A stretch of 64,000 nt of DNA from Candidatus Bathyarchaeota archaeon (GTDB lineage Archaea; Thermoproteota; Bathyarchaeia; TCS64). Position 1 is the first letter of the stretch. Each line of letters starts with the position of its first letter. The notes below the pieces were generated by a model. It saw only the letters and a list, made by a program, of their open reading frames with translations, did not search any database and was not told where the DNA came from. The DNA is taken from NCBI GenBank assembly GCA_963771885.1, contig CAVYVF010000023.1, forward strand, positions 288,001 to 352,000, in the 5' to 3' direction. A program made the translations under genes and the position numbers. Below, piece after piece: positions 30,968 through 40,884 of this stretch.

Positions 30968-32122
30968 TTACTTGCCGCTGACCTTGACGGATATCCTTTC
31001 TTCGTCGAACGTATATGGGTAGCCCGCTTTGTTCAACTCGGCGCATGCCAGCTTCAGCCAGTCCCCAAAGGAGCCCTTCATCATATTATCCGGGTCGAAG
31101 AGCACCGGGTCAACGTTGTACCGCGATTTGGATATCTGGCAGAGTATGTTCTTGGATGCCCAATAGTCAAGGGCGATGGGGTCGATACCCGCGGCGAGGA
31201 TACCCGCCTGGGTCGCGCCTTCGAATGGGGTCTTGGGGCCGGTGCCCGGCTTCGCGTTGACGCGTATGGCGTCAATGACACTCAGAGTTGGTACGCGTGT
31301 CTCCGCCATAAGAGTGCCCATGCCCCCCTTGCCAACTGACGCGTGCGGTCGGTGCCCGCGGGCGGCTGAGAGCTTGTCGCTTGGGATGCCCATGTAGTGC
31401 TTCACAGCCCCAGTCACGCCGTATATGAAGTGCGACTTGAGGACGGGGACATTAATCACCTTGAGGCGTTCAGCGTCATATCTTTTCGCTGCCGGGTCCC
31501 AGACCCCCCTCTTGAAGCTGACGAATGAGCCGTGTAGTGTCCTGAACTTTGGGTAACTAGTGAGCATCCCAGTGATGGGATCCGCCCGCTCCGCGACGAC
31601 GTAGCCGTCGTTCGCATCCCCCTCCGAGTACTCGCCTACAAGCGTCTCCGTAATCTCGTCCCAGAGATACGTCGAGACCTTTCCAAACCCGCCGAGGGAG
31701 TCGGCGGCCTTTTGTGTCGACTGGGACCTGTCCTCGGCGTTGTTGACCTCGTAGTCGAAGCTGCCACCGTGACCCGTGCTACCATACTGTGCCTGACCGT
31801 TGTCAGCAACGACGACCTCCCCGGTGAAGCCCTCGGGGTGAGCGAGGACAGCAGCGGCGACAGCCTTGACGAGATCGGTGTTGGTCATGCCGCACTCGTC
31901 CCACTGGCTGTTGACCTTGACGATGACGACGTCGTTCTTGGCGATCAGTCCCTTAGGGCCCTGCAGAAGCCCCTTCGCCTTCGACCTGTAGAAAGCAAGG
32001 CCGTTCGCGTCCATGAGTTCGAGGAGCGCATTGAAGGCTCCGTCGTTTTCTCCGGCGCCCTCGACTGCATAGATGGTGGAAACGGGCTTTACCGATGCCT
32101 CCCTCGCCTCTAGCGATAACAT
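30968..32122 (-). CDS. DUF362 domain protein
   Basis: DVVIVKVN, INVPVLKSH..GVTGAVKHYMG, IDA, DPIALD. Confidence 0.82.
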   Translation of the reverse strand: MLSLEAREASVKPVSTIYAVEGAGENDGAFNALLELMDANGLAFYRSKAKGLLQGPKGLIAKNDVVIVKVNSQWDECGMTNTDLVKAVAAAVLAHPEGFTGEVVVADNGQAQYGSTGHGGSFDYEVNNAEDRSQSTQKAADSLGGFGKVSTYLWDEITETLVGEYSEGDANDGYVVAERADPITGMLTSYPKFRTLHGSFVSFKRGVWDPAAKRYDAERLKVINVPVLKSHFIYGVTGAVKHYMGIPSDKLSAARGHRPHASVGKGGMGTLMAETRVPTLSVIDAIRVNAKPGTGPKTPFEGATQAGILAAGIDPIALDYWASKNILCQISKSRYNVDPVLFDPDNMMKGSFGDWLKLACAELNKAGYPYTFDEERISVKVSGK

Positions 32123-32215
32123 GTACGAATCACTGCTTCACGCCCTCATCAACCTTCGCAAATAGCTTGATATCCCACGTCAAATTCCTAGAAGACTATT
32201 CGGAGGCATAGAGAC

Positions 32216-33133
32216 ACGAAGTCAAAGATAGGCATCGAGGTCATAGACGCGCACGCCCACTTCATGACAGCGAACTCCATCAAGGCGTGGAGCCAGCGCG
32301 GGCGCAGCATGGCGAGCTTCACTAAAAGAACGCAGACGCGCACCGATATGAAGACCATAGAGCTACCCGACGAAGACTACGATGCGGGGCAAAAGTGGGC
32401 AGGTGAGCTCGATCGCTACGGCGTAAGCAGCGTCGGCTTGATGATCGGCCCCGAGACCTATGATGAGTTCATCGAGGCGAGAAAGAGGTTTCCAGGGTAC
32501 TTCCTCGGCTACCTAAATGTCCAGCCAGCTGACCCGGAGGCTCCGAAAAAGATCAGGCAGGCAGCGAAGGACGGCTTCTACGGCATCAAGCTCTACCCTT
32601 CGACGTGGAGGGACATGCACGTCTACGACCAACAGCTCTACCCGATCTACGAGGAGGTACAGAGGAACAAGATGGTCGTCTTCTGCCACTTCGGAGTCAG
32701 CATCGGCGGCGACGCCGACCTGCGAAGCGGCAACCCCATCGACATACAAATACCAGCACGCGACTTCCCCGACACCAATTTCATAATCGCCCACTTCGGC
32801 GCCGGCTGGTTCCGAGAGGTCCTCCTCCTGCAGTACCAGGCTGACAACGTCTACATGGACAGCAGCGGCAGCAACATCTGGTACAAGTACCTCCCCGAGG
32901 ACCTCAGCGTTAGGGACATCTTCCGACACGCTCTGCGTGCCGGAGGACCCGACAAGATACTCTTCGGAACAGACTCCACTTTCTTCCCACGCGGCTTCCG
33001 CTACAACATCCTAGAGGAGCAGTTCAACGCCCTGCAGAGCCTGAAGAAGGACGGCTTCGTAAACGACGAGGGCATCGCAAAGATATTCGCTGACAACCAC
33101 AAGCGTCTTACCGGATACAAGCCAAGGGAATAA
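32216..33133 (+). CDS. Amidohydrolase_2 family metallohydrolase (true start upstream of 32264, exact codon uncertain)
   Basis: In-frame VIDAHAH lies upstream of the first ATG; GIKLYP, FIIAHFG, YMDSS, LFGTDS. Confidence 0.88.
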   Translation, partial: TKSKIGIEVIDAHAHFMTANSIKAWSQRGRSMASFTKRTQTRTDMKTIELPDEDYDAGQKWAGELDRYGVSSVGLMIGPETYDEFIEARKRFPGYFLGYLNVQPADPEAPKKIRQAAKDGFYGIKLYPSTWRDMHVYDQQLYPIYEEVQRNKMVVFCHFGVSIGGDADLRSGNPIDIQIPARDFPDTNFIIAHFGAGWFREVLLLQYQADNVYMDSSGSNIWYKYLPEDLSVRDIFRHALRAGGPDKILFGTDSTFFPRGFRYNILEEQFNALQSLKKDGFVNDEGIAKIFADNHKRLTGYKPRE

Positions 33134-33135
33134 CC

Positions 33136-33817
33136 ATGCCACGAAAGAGGTCGAAGGGGATACCCGACCGCAATCCTCATCGGCCTCGACAATCAGTCCG
33201 CCAACCTCTGGCTCGTCTACAGTGAATCGCTGAAACAGGGAAAGACGATAACGAAGATAGGCAACGACGAAAAAACGGCCTATAAGCACTACGAAGAGAT
33301 TGTGGAAGCTATTAGAACACTGCTGCCTGAGGGCTTCAACCAACTCCTCATCGCCTCAACGGAGAAATACACGAGAAAATCCGGATTCATAGAATATATC
33401 AACCGCAGCCACAGCTGGCTCACAAAGAAACTCACAGTAAAGTTGCTAGACAAGAAAGCGGTGACGAAAATGGATGTCCTCCAGCTCGTCAAGATGAACA
33501 TTATACAGGAGAGTGTCGCCGAGGCGGCAGTTGAATCTAATGAGAATGTCATGGAGATGCTAGAGAAAGCCCTGAACAGCGGCGACGTTATGTTCACAAT
33601 AGAAGAATTATCTTACGCCCTCCGCGACGAGGCTGTGCCTGAGTTCATCCTCGTCACCGAAAAATTCGACAACTCATGGAGGGGAAACCGCCGCTACCAA
33701 AGCATGATCCAACGCGTTAAGAACATGAAAGCAACATTCACAATAGTAAAGCACGATACCCCTGCTAACGTACGCCTTGAACAGCTCGGCGGATTCGTCA
33801 GTGTAATTCGGCGGTAA
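33136..33817 (+). CDS. eRF1/Pelota-like protein lacking the N-terminal domain (probable +1 frameshift near 33145)
   Basis: C-terminus KHDTPANVRLEQLGGFVSVIR resembles the Pelota/eRF1 domain 3 end; upstream frame gives GYPTAILIGLD...HYEEIVEAIR, resembling domain 2. Confidence 0.65.
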
Positions 33818-33972
33818 CCTGAAACCAAATATGCCTTTTCGCCGCAAGGTGGAAATAACCCCCTTACTAAATTATACAATGAAATAGTTATTTATATCAA
33901 CATAGAGTAACATCGACGACCACGACGCAGCAAAAAGATATAGATGCTCTCAGATTAAGAGAGGAAGAAACG

Positions 33973-35350
33973 TTAAATCTCGTCTAAGAAAGCATGCGCC
34001 TTTTCTAAGAATTGACTTGGTATGTAAGTATCAGCTGTCGGTACGCCCATCTTCCTCAGTTTTTCGATCGCTGAAGCTGTATATGGTCTAAATATTTCCT
34101 TATGCGCTAGGGGACTTATCCCGGCGAATACTCTGATGCCGTCGTCAAGCATCCGTCCGATTACCTCATAGTTCTGTCTGTTTTCTACGTCGTCCTTCCC
34201 TGGATCGGTGAGGACGAAGTCACTGAAGTAGAAACATATGCGGTCGCTACGCTCCGAGGCCTCAGCGAGCTGGTCGTAGGCCCACTGTATGCTCTTGTTC
34301 GGCACGGTACCGCCCCAGGTGGAGCCCTCGACTGTTCCGCGGAACCTGAACTCCATCTGCGTCGTCGTCATCGTAATCATATCGAGAAGCTGCTCAAGGA
34401 CGGGCTCAAGGTCAATCTCATCGCTCAAGTCCTTGATGACGTGGCTGTTGCTCTCGTAGAGAATGAGGCCCCACTTATCGTTGCGCAGCCCCCACATGAG
34501 TGGTATGAGGCTCAGTATACTGTAGTTGACAGAATTAATGCCCTCAAAGTCGTAGAACATAGTGTTACTGATATCTTGGATGTAGACGATGCTCCTGTTC
34601 TTCTTCTTGCGCTTGAGCATCATGAAGTCATCAGGGCGTATCTCCTCGAGCTTCCTGCCGAGGTCAATGATATTCTCGAGACTCCGGTCTTCATCGATGG
34701 AGTCTGTGTCCTCGCCGGGCTGGAACGGGCGCACCGAGGCTACCCTGCTCCAGTCATCCTTCCTCTCAAGCTCCCTTCCGAGCTTCATGAGGCGCTCCTT
34801 GAGGAGGTGGGCGAGGAGCTTACGCATCTTCTCGTCCCTCTCCTCCTTGAAGGTCTTGGCGCCGAACTTCAGTATCTTGTCCTCGCCGGGGCCAACGCCG
34901 ATGTCGGGTTTGTTGCTCAGTTTCTTGAACTGATCTGGCCCTGTGATACTGGGGTTGTCGTTGACAATGTTCTGTTCAAGCCCCTTCGCATGTGGTGTGA
35001 CGTAGACCTCCTGGCTCTTCTTGCTGAGAAGGCTGAGGAGCTGGTCGCCGTCCATCTCGTCTTGGGGCTCCTCCTCGTACTCGTCAATGTTAGTGAGGAT
35101 ATCGAGGGCGATCTTCTCCGCCATCTTCTGATTGTCGACCTGGCTCGTGATCACCGCAGCGCGGAGCAGATCACGTGAATGTTAGACAACCGTTACGCAT
35201 GTAGCCGGGGAGCAGAATTTTCCCCATGTTTATGCTCTGGCGGGGGCTCGGTTTCTCGACCACCTCCCTGCTCTTCCGCATACGCTGAATGAACTCGGGT
35301 ATGAAGTAGTTCGCGTAGTGGAAGGGGTACTCCAGGGAGGAGGTGGACAT
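33973..35350 (-). CDS. vWA domain protein, MoxR partner (probable +1 frameshift near 35174; ORF track gives 33973-35154)
   Basis: YIQDISNTM MIDAS-like motif, GGT, FSDF; ATG at 35350 abuts the MoxR stop. Confidence 0.8.
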
Positions 35351-35351
35351 C

Positions 35352-36251
35352 TCAGCCCAGTACCTTCTTGATTATCTCATCGACGACCTTCGACACCGTC
35401 TTACCCTCTTCACCCCTCACCTTCATCTCCTTGGCGAGCACCGCGGGGGCGAAGAACCTGATGGTGGCGTCCTCGGTCTCGAAGCGGTCGATATACTTGT
35501 TGACGAGGCGGGTAAGATAGATTCCGCTGCGTGGCGATGCGGGGATCTCAAGCACCGGGCTCTCTCGAGTAGCCTTGACAATCTCGTAAATTTTATCAAG
35601 GGCGCTTATGGGGAGGCTGAAGGCGGGGGTGTTCTCTTTGAGTATCTCGAGCTCCGTCTCCTTCGTCGGGTATGTGAGCCTGATCCAGCAGCCTATACGG
35701 TCGACGAGGACCTTACTGAGCCTGTAGGTTCCGGAGGTCTCAATAGGGTTCTGGGTTGCGACGAAGGCGAAGCTCTCCTGCGCCTTGACCATGCCAAGGG
35801 GGAAGAGGTGGTAATGGCGCTCCTCCAGCGGCGCGATGAGGCTGTTCTGACAGAACTCTGTTGCGCGGTTAAGCTCATGGGCGACGAAGAGGCCCCCCTC
35901 GACCATAGCGCGGATGAGTGGACCCGGCTCGAAGCTGCTGATGTTCCTACCACTACGTACAACGAGTGCAGGGTCGAAGCTTCCGATGAGGCGGCTCGGC
36001 GTCACGTTCTCGTCGAAGAAGACCTCGTGGAAGCTACGTTGCGTGTCTTCGGCGACTTTTCGGGCTAGGAGGCTCTTGCCTACACCGGGTGGGCCGACGA
36101 GACAAGGGGTGATGCCTGTGTCTAGGGCATCCTTCAATAAGCTGTAGGCGGTCTCGTACTGTCCCTTGAGTACAACTGGATGCTCTATGCGAATGTTCTC
36201 GACGATGCTCTTCTCCAGCATCTTGCGGAAGCCCTGCTCCTTCTCCGCCAT
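35352..36251 (-). CDS. MoxR family AAA+ ATPase
   Basis: GPPGVGKS, (H)ELNRA, FVATQNP, DR, LTYP, SPR. Confidence 0.92.
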   Translation of the reverse strand: MAEKEQGFRKMLEKSIVENIRIEHPVVLKGQYETAYSLLKDALDTGITPCLVGPPGVGKSLLARKVAEDTQRSFHEVFFDENVTPSRLIGSFDPALVVRSGRNISSFEPGPLIRAMVEGGLFVAHELNRATEFCQNSLIAPLEERHYHLFPLGMVKAQESFAFVATQNPIETSGTYRLSKVLVDRIGCWIRLTYPTKETELEILKENTPAFSLPISALDKIYEIVKATRESPVLEIPASPRSGIYLTRLVNKYIDRFETEDATIRFFAPAVLAKEMKVRGEEGKTVSKVVDEIIKKVLG

Positions 36252-36656
36252 GGTTTAGTCCATCAACCATTAACTAGCCTTAATTTAAATCTTCAACCCC
36301 GGCAGCGTTAACACTCTAATCAAAGATTGACGATTCAAATAGGCGGTATTGGCTGAATAAAATAATTGCTTGAGTGAGCAGATATTTACGGTACTATTTA
36401 ACCAATTGAAGTAATTACAACACCTGTTTTTAGGCTGCTTGACTGTATATTACCCATTTTTTTGGTCGTTTAAAGTGTATTTCTGCCTGTTTATGGGCAT
36501 ATTATCTATTTTTCGAGCAATGGAGAGAGTATTTTTCATCAAATGAATATTTCATAGTCAACCTTTAAATCCTCCTTCGCTGACTCTTTACGGAATCGTT
36601 ACTCTTTTAACAGTCAAGGTTAGAGTGGTAACGAATCACTGAGGGATAAATGACCC

Positions 36657-37481
36657 GTGATTGAGATAAGGTTGCACGGCAGGGGCGGCCAAGGGGCCGT
36701 CACCGCCTCTAGGATCATCGCCACGGCAGCCTATGAGGAAGGCAAATACAGTCAGGCCATCCCCATGTACGGCACCGAGAGGCGAGGAGCACCTCTCACC
36801 GCGTACGTCCGCATCGACAACGTACGTGTTAGGGAGAGGGAGCTTGTTCATACTCCCGGCATCAGTCTCTGCTTCGACCCACTGATCAGCCTGCAGCAGG
36901 CTGTCGCAAACGACCTACTGCCCGGTGGCCAGGTCCTGCTCAACGCCCCGTTCTCGCCTGAGAAGAGCGAGCTAGCGGGCGACATCAACATTGCCACGGT
37001 CGACGCCACCAGCATCGCGCTCGAGACGCTCGGCAGGCCCATCACGAACACCGCCCTTCTGGGCGCCTTTGCGAAGGCGACCGGCGTCGTCAAGCTTGAG
37101 TCCATCGAGAAGGCCATCAAGAAGTACTTCCCAGGCAGACTAGGCGATATGAACATCGCCGCTGTCAGGAAGAGCTACGAGAAGGTCTCCCCCTGGGTCC
37201 CCGCGAAGAACAAGGTCGCCCCCAAGATGCAGGTTGACCTCAACGTCGGCGGGTACGGCACCCTTAAGGACGTCAGTAGCTGGCGTGTCTTCTACCCCGA
37301 GGTAAACGAGGAGAAGTGCATCGGCTGTAAAACGTGCTGGATCTTCTGCCCTGAGGCCGCTCTTGAGTGGAAGGAGAACAACAAGCCAGCGATGGTCGAC
37401 CGCGCCTGCAAGGGTTGTGGAGTCTGTGCAAATGAGTGCCCAGTCAAGGCCATCGAGATGAAGAGGGTGGAGATCAAGTAG
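36657..37481 (+). CDS. 2-oxoacid:ferredoxin oxidoreductase fused gamma-delta subunit
   Basis: EIRLHGRGGQGAVT, YGTERRGAP, NTALLGA; then WR..P, CIGCKTCWIFCP and CKGCGVCANECP. Confidence 0.94.
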   Translation: MIEIRLHGRGGQGAVTASRIIATAAYEEGKYSQAIPMYGTERRGAPLTAYVRIDNVRVRERELVHTPGISLCFDPLISLQQAVANDLLPGGQVLLNAPFSPEKSELAGDINIATVDATSIALETLGRPITNTALLGAFAKATGVVKLESIEKAIKKYFPGRLGDMNIAAVRKSYEKVSPWVPAKNKVAPKMQVDLNVGGYGTLKDVSSWRVFYPEVNEEKCIGCKTCWIFCPEAALEWKENNKPAMVDRACKGCGVCANECPVKAIEMKRVEIK

Positions 37482-37493
37482 GAGGATAATGAA

Positions 37494-38687
37494 ATGTCAT
37501 ACGAAGTAATGGTCGGTAACAAGGCGACGGCCGTCGGCTGTAAACTCGCACGCGTTAAGGTAGCCGCAGTCTTCCCAATCACACCGCAGACGACGATCAC
37601 CGAGTACCTCTCGGAGATCCACGCCTCGGGTGAGCTACCCAACTTTGAGTTCATCAACGCTGAGGGAGAGCTCGCCAGCCAGGTCATCGCCCAAGCGGCG
37701 GAGGCCACCGGCGCGCGTAGCTTCACATGCACCTCAGGTCCCGGTCTCCTATACATGCACCACCCGATGCAGGAAACTGCCAGCAAAAGGCTACCCCTCG
37801 TCATGGCGGTCGTCCACCGCGGCGTCAAGAGCATGCAGCCTGACCACAGCGACCTAATGTCGCAGCAGTGGCAGGGCTGGCTCCACATATATGTGGAGAA
37901 CGCCCAGGAGATACTAGACACGACAATTATGGCGTACAAGATCGCCGAGGACAAGAGGATACGACTCCCAGTCGCAATGGGCTATGACGGCTACGTCCTC
38001 AGCTACACGGCTGAGCCCGTCGAGATTCCATCGCAGGAGGAGATAGATGCCTTCTTGCCGCCCTACAAGCCAATGCCAGGAATACTCCCCGTATCGGATG
38101 ATGCGAAGTGGAAGGACTTTGAAGTCAACCCTAATACCTTCGGCGCCGGATGGGGCGAGGGTGACCCCATGAAGCCGTGGCAGGTCCACAACGAAGCGGT
38201 CCTTAACGGTGAGAAGGTCATCAAAGAGGTCTTCGCCGAGTGGAGTAAAAAATTCGGCCGCACATACGGTAACGGCATGATTGAGCAGTACCGCGTCGAG
38301 GGAGCTGACTGCGTCATCACCGCGATGGGCACGATCGCCGGAACCGCGATGGCAGCCATCGACAAGCTCTGGGCGGACGGCAAGAAGGTCGGGCTCGTGA
38401 AGATCAGGAGCTTCCTGCCCTTCCCGAGGACCGACTTCCAGGAGATCGCCAAGAATGTGAAGGCCATAGGTGTCTTCGACCGCAGCTGCCAGCCTGGCAT
38501 GTGGGGCCCCGTCTATCACCAGATGAGGAGCACCCTCTACGACGAGGCGAAGCAGACCCCCGTCATCGGTTTCATCGGTGGCCTCAGTGGAAAGGAGGTG
38601 CGCGTAGGCGACATGTACAAGATCGGCGAGAAGACCCTAAAGGTCGCTCAGGGTGGGAAGCCGGATGCTCCCATCCAGTGGGTGTAG
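37494..38687 (+). CDS. 2-oxoacid:ferredoxin oxidoreductase alpha subunit
   Basis: FPITPQT, TSGPGL, DHSD, DGYVLS, LPFP, GGLSG. Confidence 0.93.
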   Translation: MSYEVMVGNKATAVGCKLARVKVAAVFPITPQTTITEYLSEIHASGELPNFEFINAEGELASQVIAQAAEATGARSFTCTSGPGLLYMHHPMQETASKRLPLVMAVVHRGVKSMQPDHSDLMSQQWQGWLHIYVENAQEILDTTIMAYKIAEDKRIRLPVAMGYDGYVLSYTAEPVEIPSQEEIDAFLPPYKPMPGILPVSDDAKWKDFEVNPNTFGAGWGEGDPMKPWQVHNEAVLNGEKVIKEVFAEWSKKFGRTYGNGMIEQYRVEGADCVITAMGTIAGTAMAAIDKLWADGKKVGLVKIRSFLPFPRTDFQEIAKNVKAIGVFDRSCQPGMWGPVYHQMRSTLYDEAKQTPVIGFIGGLSGKEVRVGDMYKIGEKTLKVAQGGKPDAPIQWV

Positions 38688-38702
38688 GAGAGGTAATGTG
38701 AA

Positions 38703-39602
38703 ATGAGTGCAAGCATGAAGATGACGAGAGCCCAGGTCCCCATGGATGAGATGATTCTTGCGCCGGGTAGCACCTGCCAGGGTTGCGGTGCCGCCATGGC
38801 CGCGAGGCTCACCTTCAAGGTCTTAGGCTCCAACCTCATCAGGCACGGAATCCCGTGCTGCCCCGACCACGTCTCGAAGCACCCCCGCGCGGGCTCGGTC
38901 TTCGAGGCAGGAGGCGCATCCCTGACTGGTACCTCCCGAGCCCTAAAGGCTCTGGGAAGGACCGACGTCAAGGCCGTAGCCTTCTACGGAGACGGCGGAA
39001 CCTACGACATAGGCTTCCAGGCGCTATCGGCCGCTGCTGAGCGCAACGAGAACATCCTTGTGATAACGAAGGACAACGAGGCCTATATGAACACGGGCGG
39101 ACAGAGGAGTGGAGGAACCCCCAAGTACGCGGAGACCACCACTAACCCGGTTGGCCCGAACAGCAGGGGTAAGAACGAGCCAAAGAAGAACATACCCATG
39201 ATCTTTGCGGCCCACTACGTTCCCTACATCGCCACCGCCTCAGTCGCCTTCCCCGAGGACCTCATGCAGAAGGTCAAGTACGCCAAGGACATCGAGGGTT
39301 TCAGGATGATACTCATCCAGGCCCCGTGCCCCGTCGGTTGGCGCTTCGACCCAGCAAAGACGATCGAACTCGCGCGCTCCGGCGTCCAGGCGGGCGTCTG
39401 GCCGCTCTACGAGATCGAGCACGGCACAAGCTTCAAGCTCAACTATAAGCCGAAGGAGCTGAAGCCCGTGAGCGAGTACCTCAAGCCTCAGAGCCGCTTC
39501 CGCCACATGACGGAGGCCGAGGTCAACGAGGTACAAGGCAACGTCACGACCAACTGGGCGAGACTCCTTAAGGCAGACGAGCTGAAGACGGTAGTCCTGT
39601 AA
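38703..39602 (+). CDS. 2-oxoacid:ferredoxin oxidoreductase beta subunit (TPP-binding)
   Basis: CQGCG, GDGGTYDIG...DNEAYMNTGGQRS, PCPVGW. Confidence 0.94.
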   Translation: MSASMKMTRAQVPMDEMILAPGSTCQGCGAAMAARLTFKVLGSNLIRHGIPCCPDHVSKHPRAGSVFEAGGASLTGTSRALKALGRTDVKAVAFYGDGGTYDIGFQALSAAAERNENILVITKDNEAYMNTGGQRSGGTPKYAETTTNPVGPNSRGKNEPKKNIPMIFAAHYVPYIATASVAFPEDLMQKVKYAKDIEGFRMILIQAPCPVGWRFDPAKTIELARSGVQAGVWPLYEIEHGTSFKLNYKPKELKPVSEYLKPQSRFRHMTEAEVNEVQGNVTTNWARLLKADELKTVVL

Positions 39603-39699
39603 GACTACCAAGCCCTTTTTTCATATCTAGCTCCGCCCAGCGGATGCTGGATTTTTTCTCCTAAAGTTTATCCCCTGATGTGCCCCCCGTCTCTGCGTC

Positions 39700-40884
39700 T
39701 TGTCGACTCTGGATCGGCTGAGAGGGGGACTACCGGGGAGCTTCTACGCAGTCGCCTTCGCGGGCTTCCTCTGGGAGATGGGCCTCTTCATGACGCAGCC
39801 GATACTGACTCTCCACTACCTAAACATCGGTGCGTCAATCCTATTCATAGGTGTGATATTGGGGCTGCAGGCCTTCCTACTAATCTTCCTCAGGCTGCCG
39901 CTGACTATTCTAGCGACGCGTGTGGGGGAGAGGAGGATGCTCGCTGTGAGCTTCGGGGCTCAAGCTCTGCAGCTTGCCCTCATCGGGTTCGCGCCAAGCC
40001 CAGCATGGCTCTACTTCATACCTATCGTGCAGCTTGTGGCCACGGGGACTTTCTTCCAGCTCATCACGGCGATGAACAGCGAGCAGGCGCCGCCGGATAG
40101 GCAGGGAGACGCCCTCGGGAGGCACATGACGATCGTCTCGTCTGGGATGTTCATAGGGCCGGCTCTCTGCGGGGTACTTGTTGCCCCCCTCGGCTACCCG
40201 CGGGTGTTCCTTATCGCCTCGTTATTTCCCCTAGCGGGGTTGGCGATACTGCTCCGGGTGACTGGCCTCGGGGCGGGTAGGAACCTGCGTAGCCATGAGC
40301 TGCCCTCCCTTACGTCGCTCAAGACGCTGCTGGGGCAGAGGAACGTCGTTGCCCTCGCCGTGATACGCACACTCTACTCGACCTCGAACAACCTCTTCCT
40401 CACCCTCTTCAGCATCTACGCCGTGCAGAGTCTAGGCTTCAACCCGTCACTGGTCGCTATCCTATACTCGATCCAAGGCGTCGCTAACGCGTTCGTGAAG
40501 GTGCCGATGGGCTGGGCGTCGGATAAGTGGGGTCGCAAGACTGTGCTCCTGGTGACCTTCTCGGGGATCGTTCTCAGTTATGTTGGCTTCGCGTCGCTGA
40601 CCGCCTACCCGCTTATCGCGGCTGTGATGCTCTTCTTCGGCGCCTGTTGGGGGGCTCGCGCCGTGACTGAGTGGGCGTTCCTCGCCGTCATAGTGCCCCC
40701 CGAGTCGCGTACGATTGCCATCGGCTACATGGAAAGCTTCTGGGACATCGGCAGCAGCGCCGGGAGCCTCCTCGCCGGCGTCGCCATCGGGCTCCTACCC
40801 TACCAGACTATCTTCCTGCTTCTCGCAGCGCTTAACCTCCCAGCGATACCCTCCATACTCTTGATGAGGGAGGAGCGGAAATGA
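39700..40884 (+). CDS. MFS transporter
   Basis: About 12 hydrophobic segments, GWASDKWGRK motif A. Confidence 0.9.
   Translation: MSTLDRLRGGLPGSFYAVAFAGFLWEMGLFMTQPILTLHYLNIGASILFIGVILGLQAFLLIFLRLPLTILATRVGERRMLAVSFGAQALQLALIGFAPSPAWLYFIPIVQLVATGTFFQLITAMNSEQAPPDRQGDALGRHMTIVSSGMFIGPALCGVLVAPLGYPRVFLIASLFPLAGLAILLRVTGLGAGRNLRSHELPSLTSLKTLLGQRNVVALAVIRTLYSTSNNLFLTLFSIYAVQSLGFNPSLVAILYSIQGVANAFVKVPMGWASDKWGRKTVLLVTFSGIVLSYVGFASLTAYPLIAAVMLFFGACWGARAVTEWAFLAVIVPPESRTIAIGYMESFWDIGSSAGSLLAGVAIGLLPYQTIFLLLAALNLPAIPSILLMREERK

Noticed and set aside
33818..33972. AT-rich gap with a TATA-like sequence between convergent genes as an ncRNA locus
   Set aside because: No structure or box motifs I could support.
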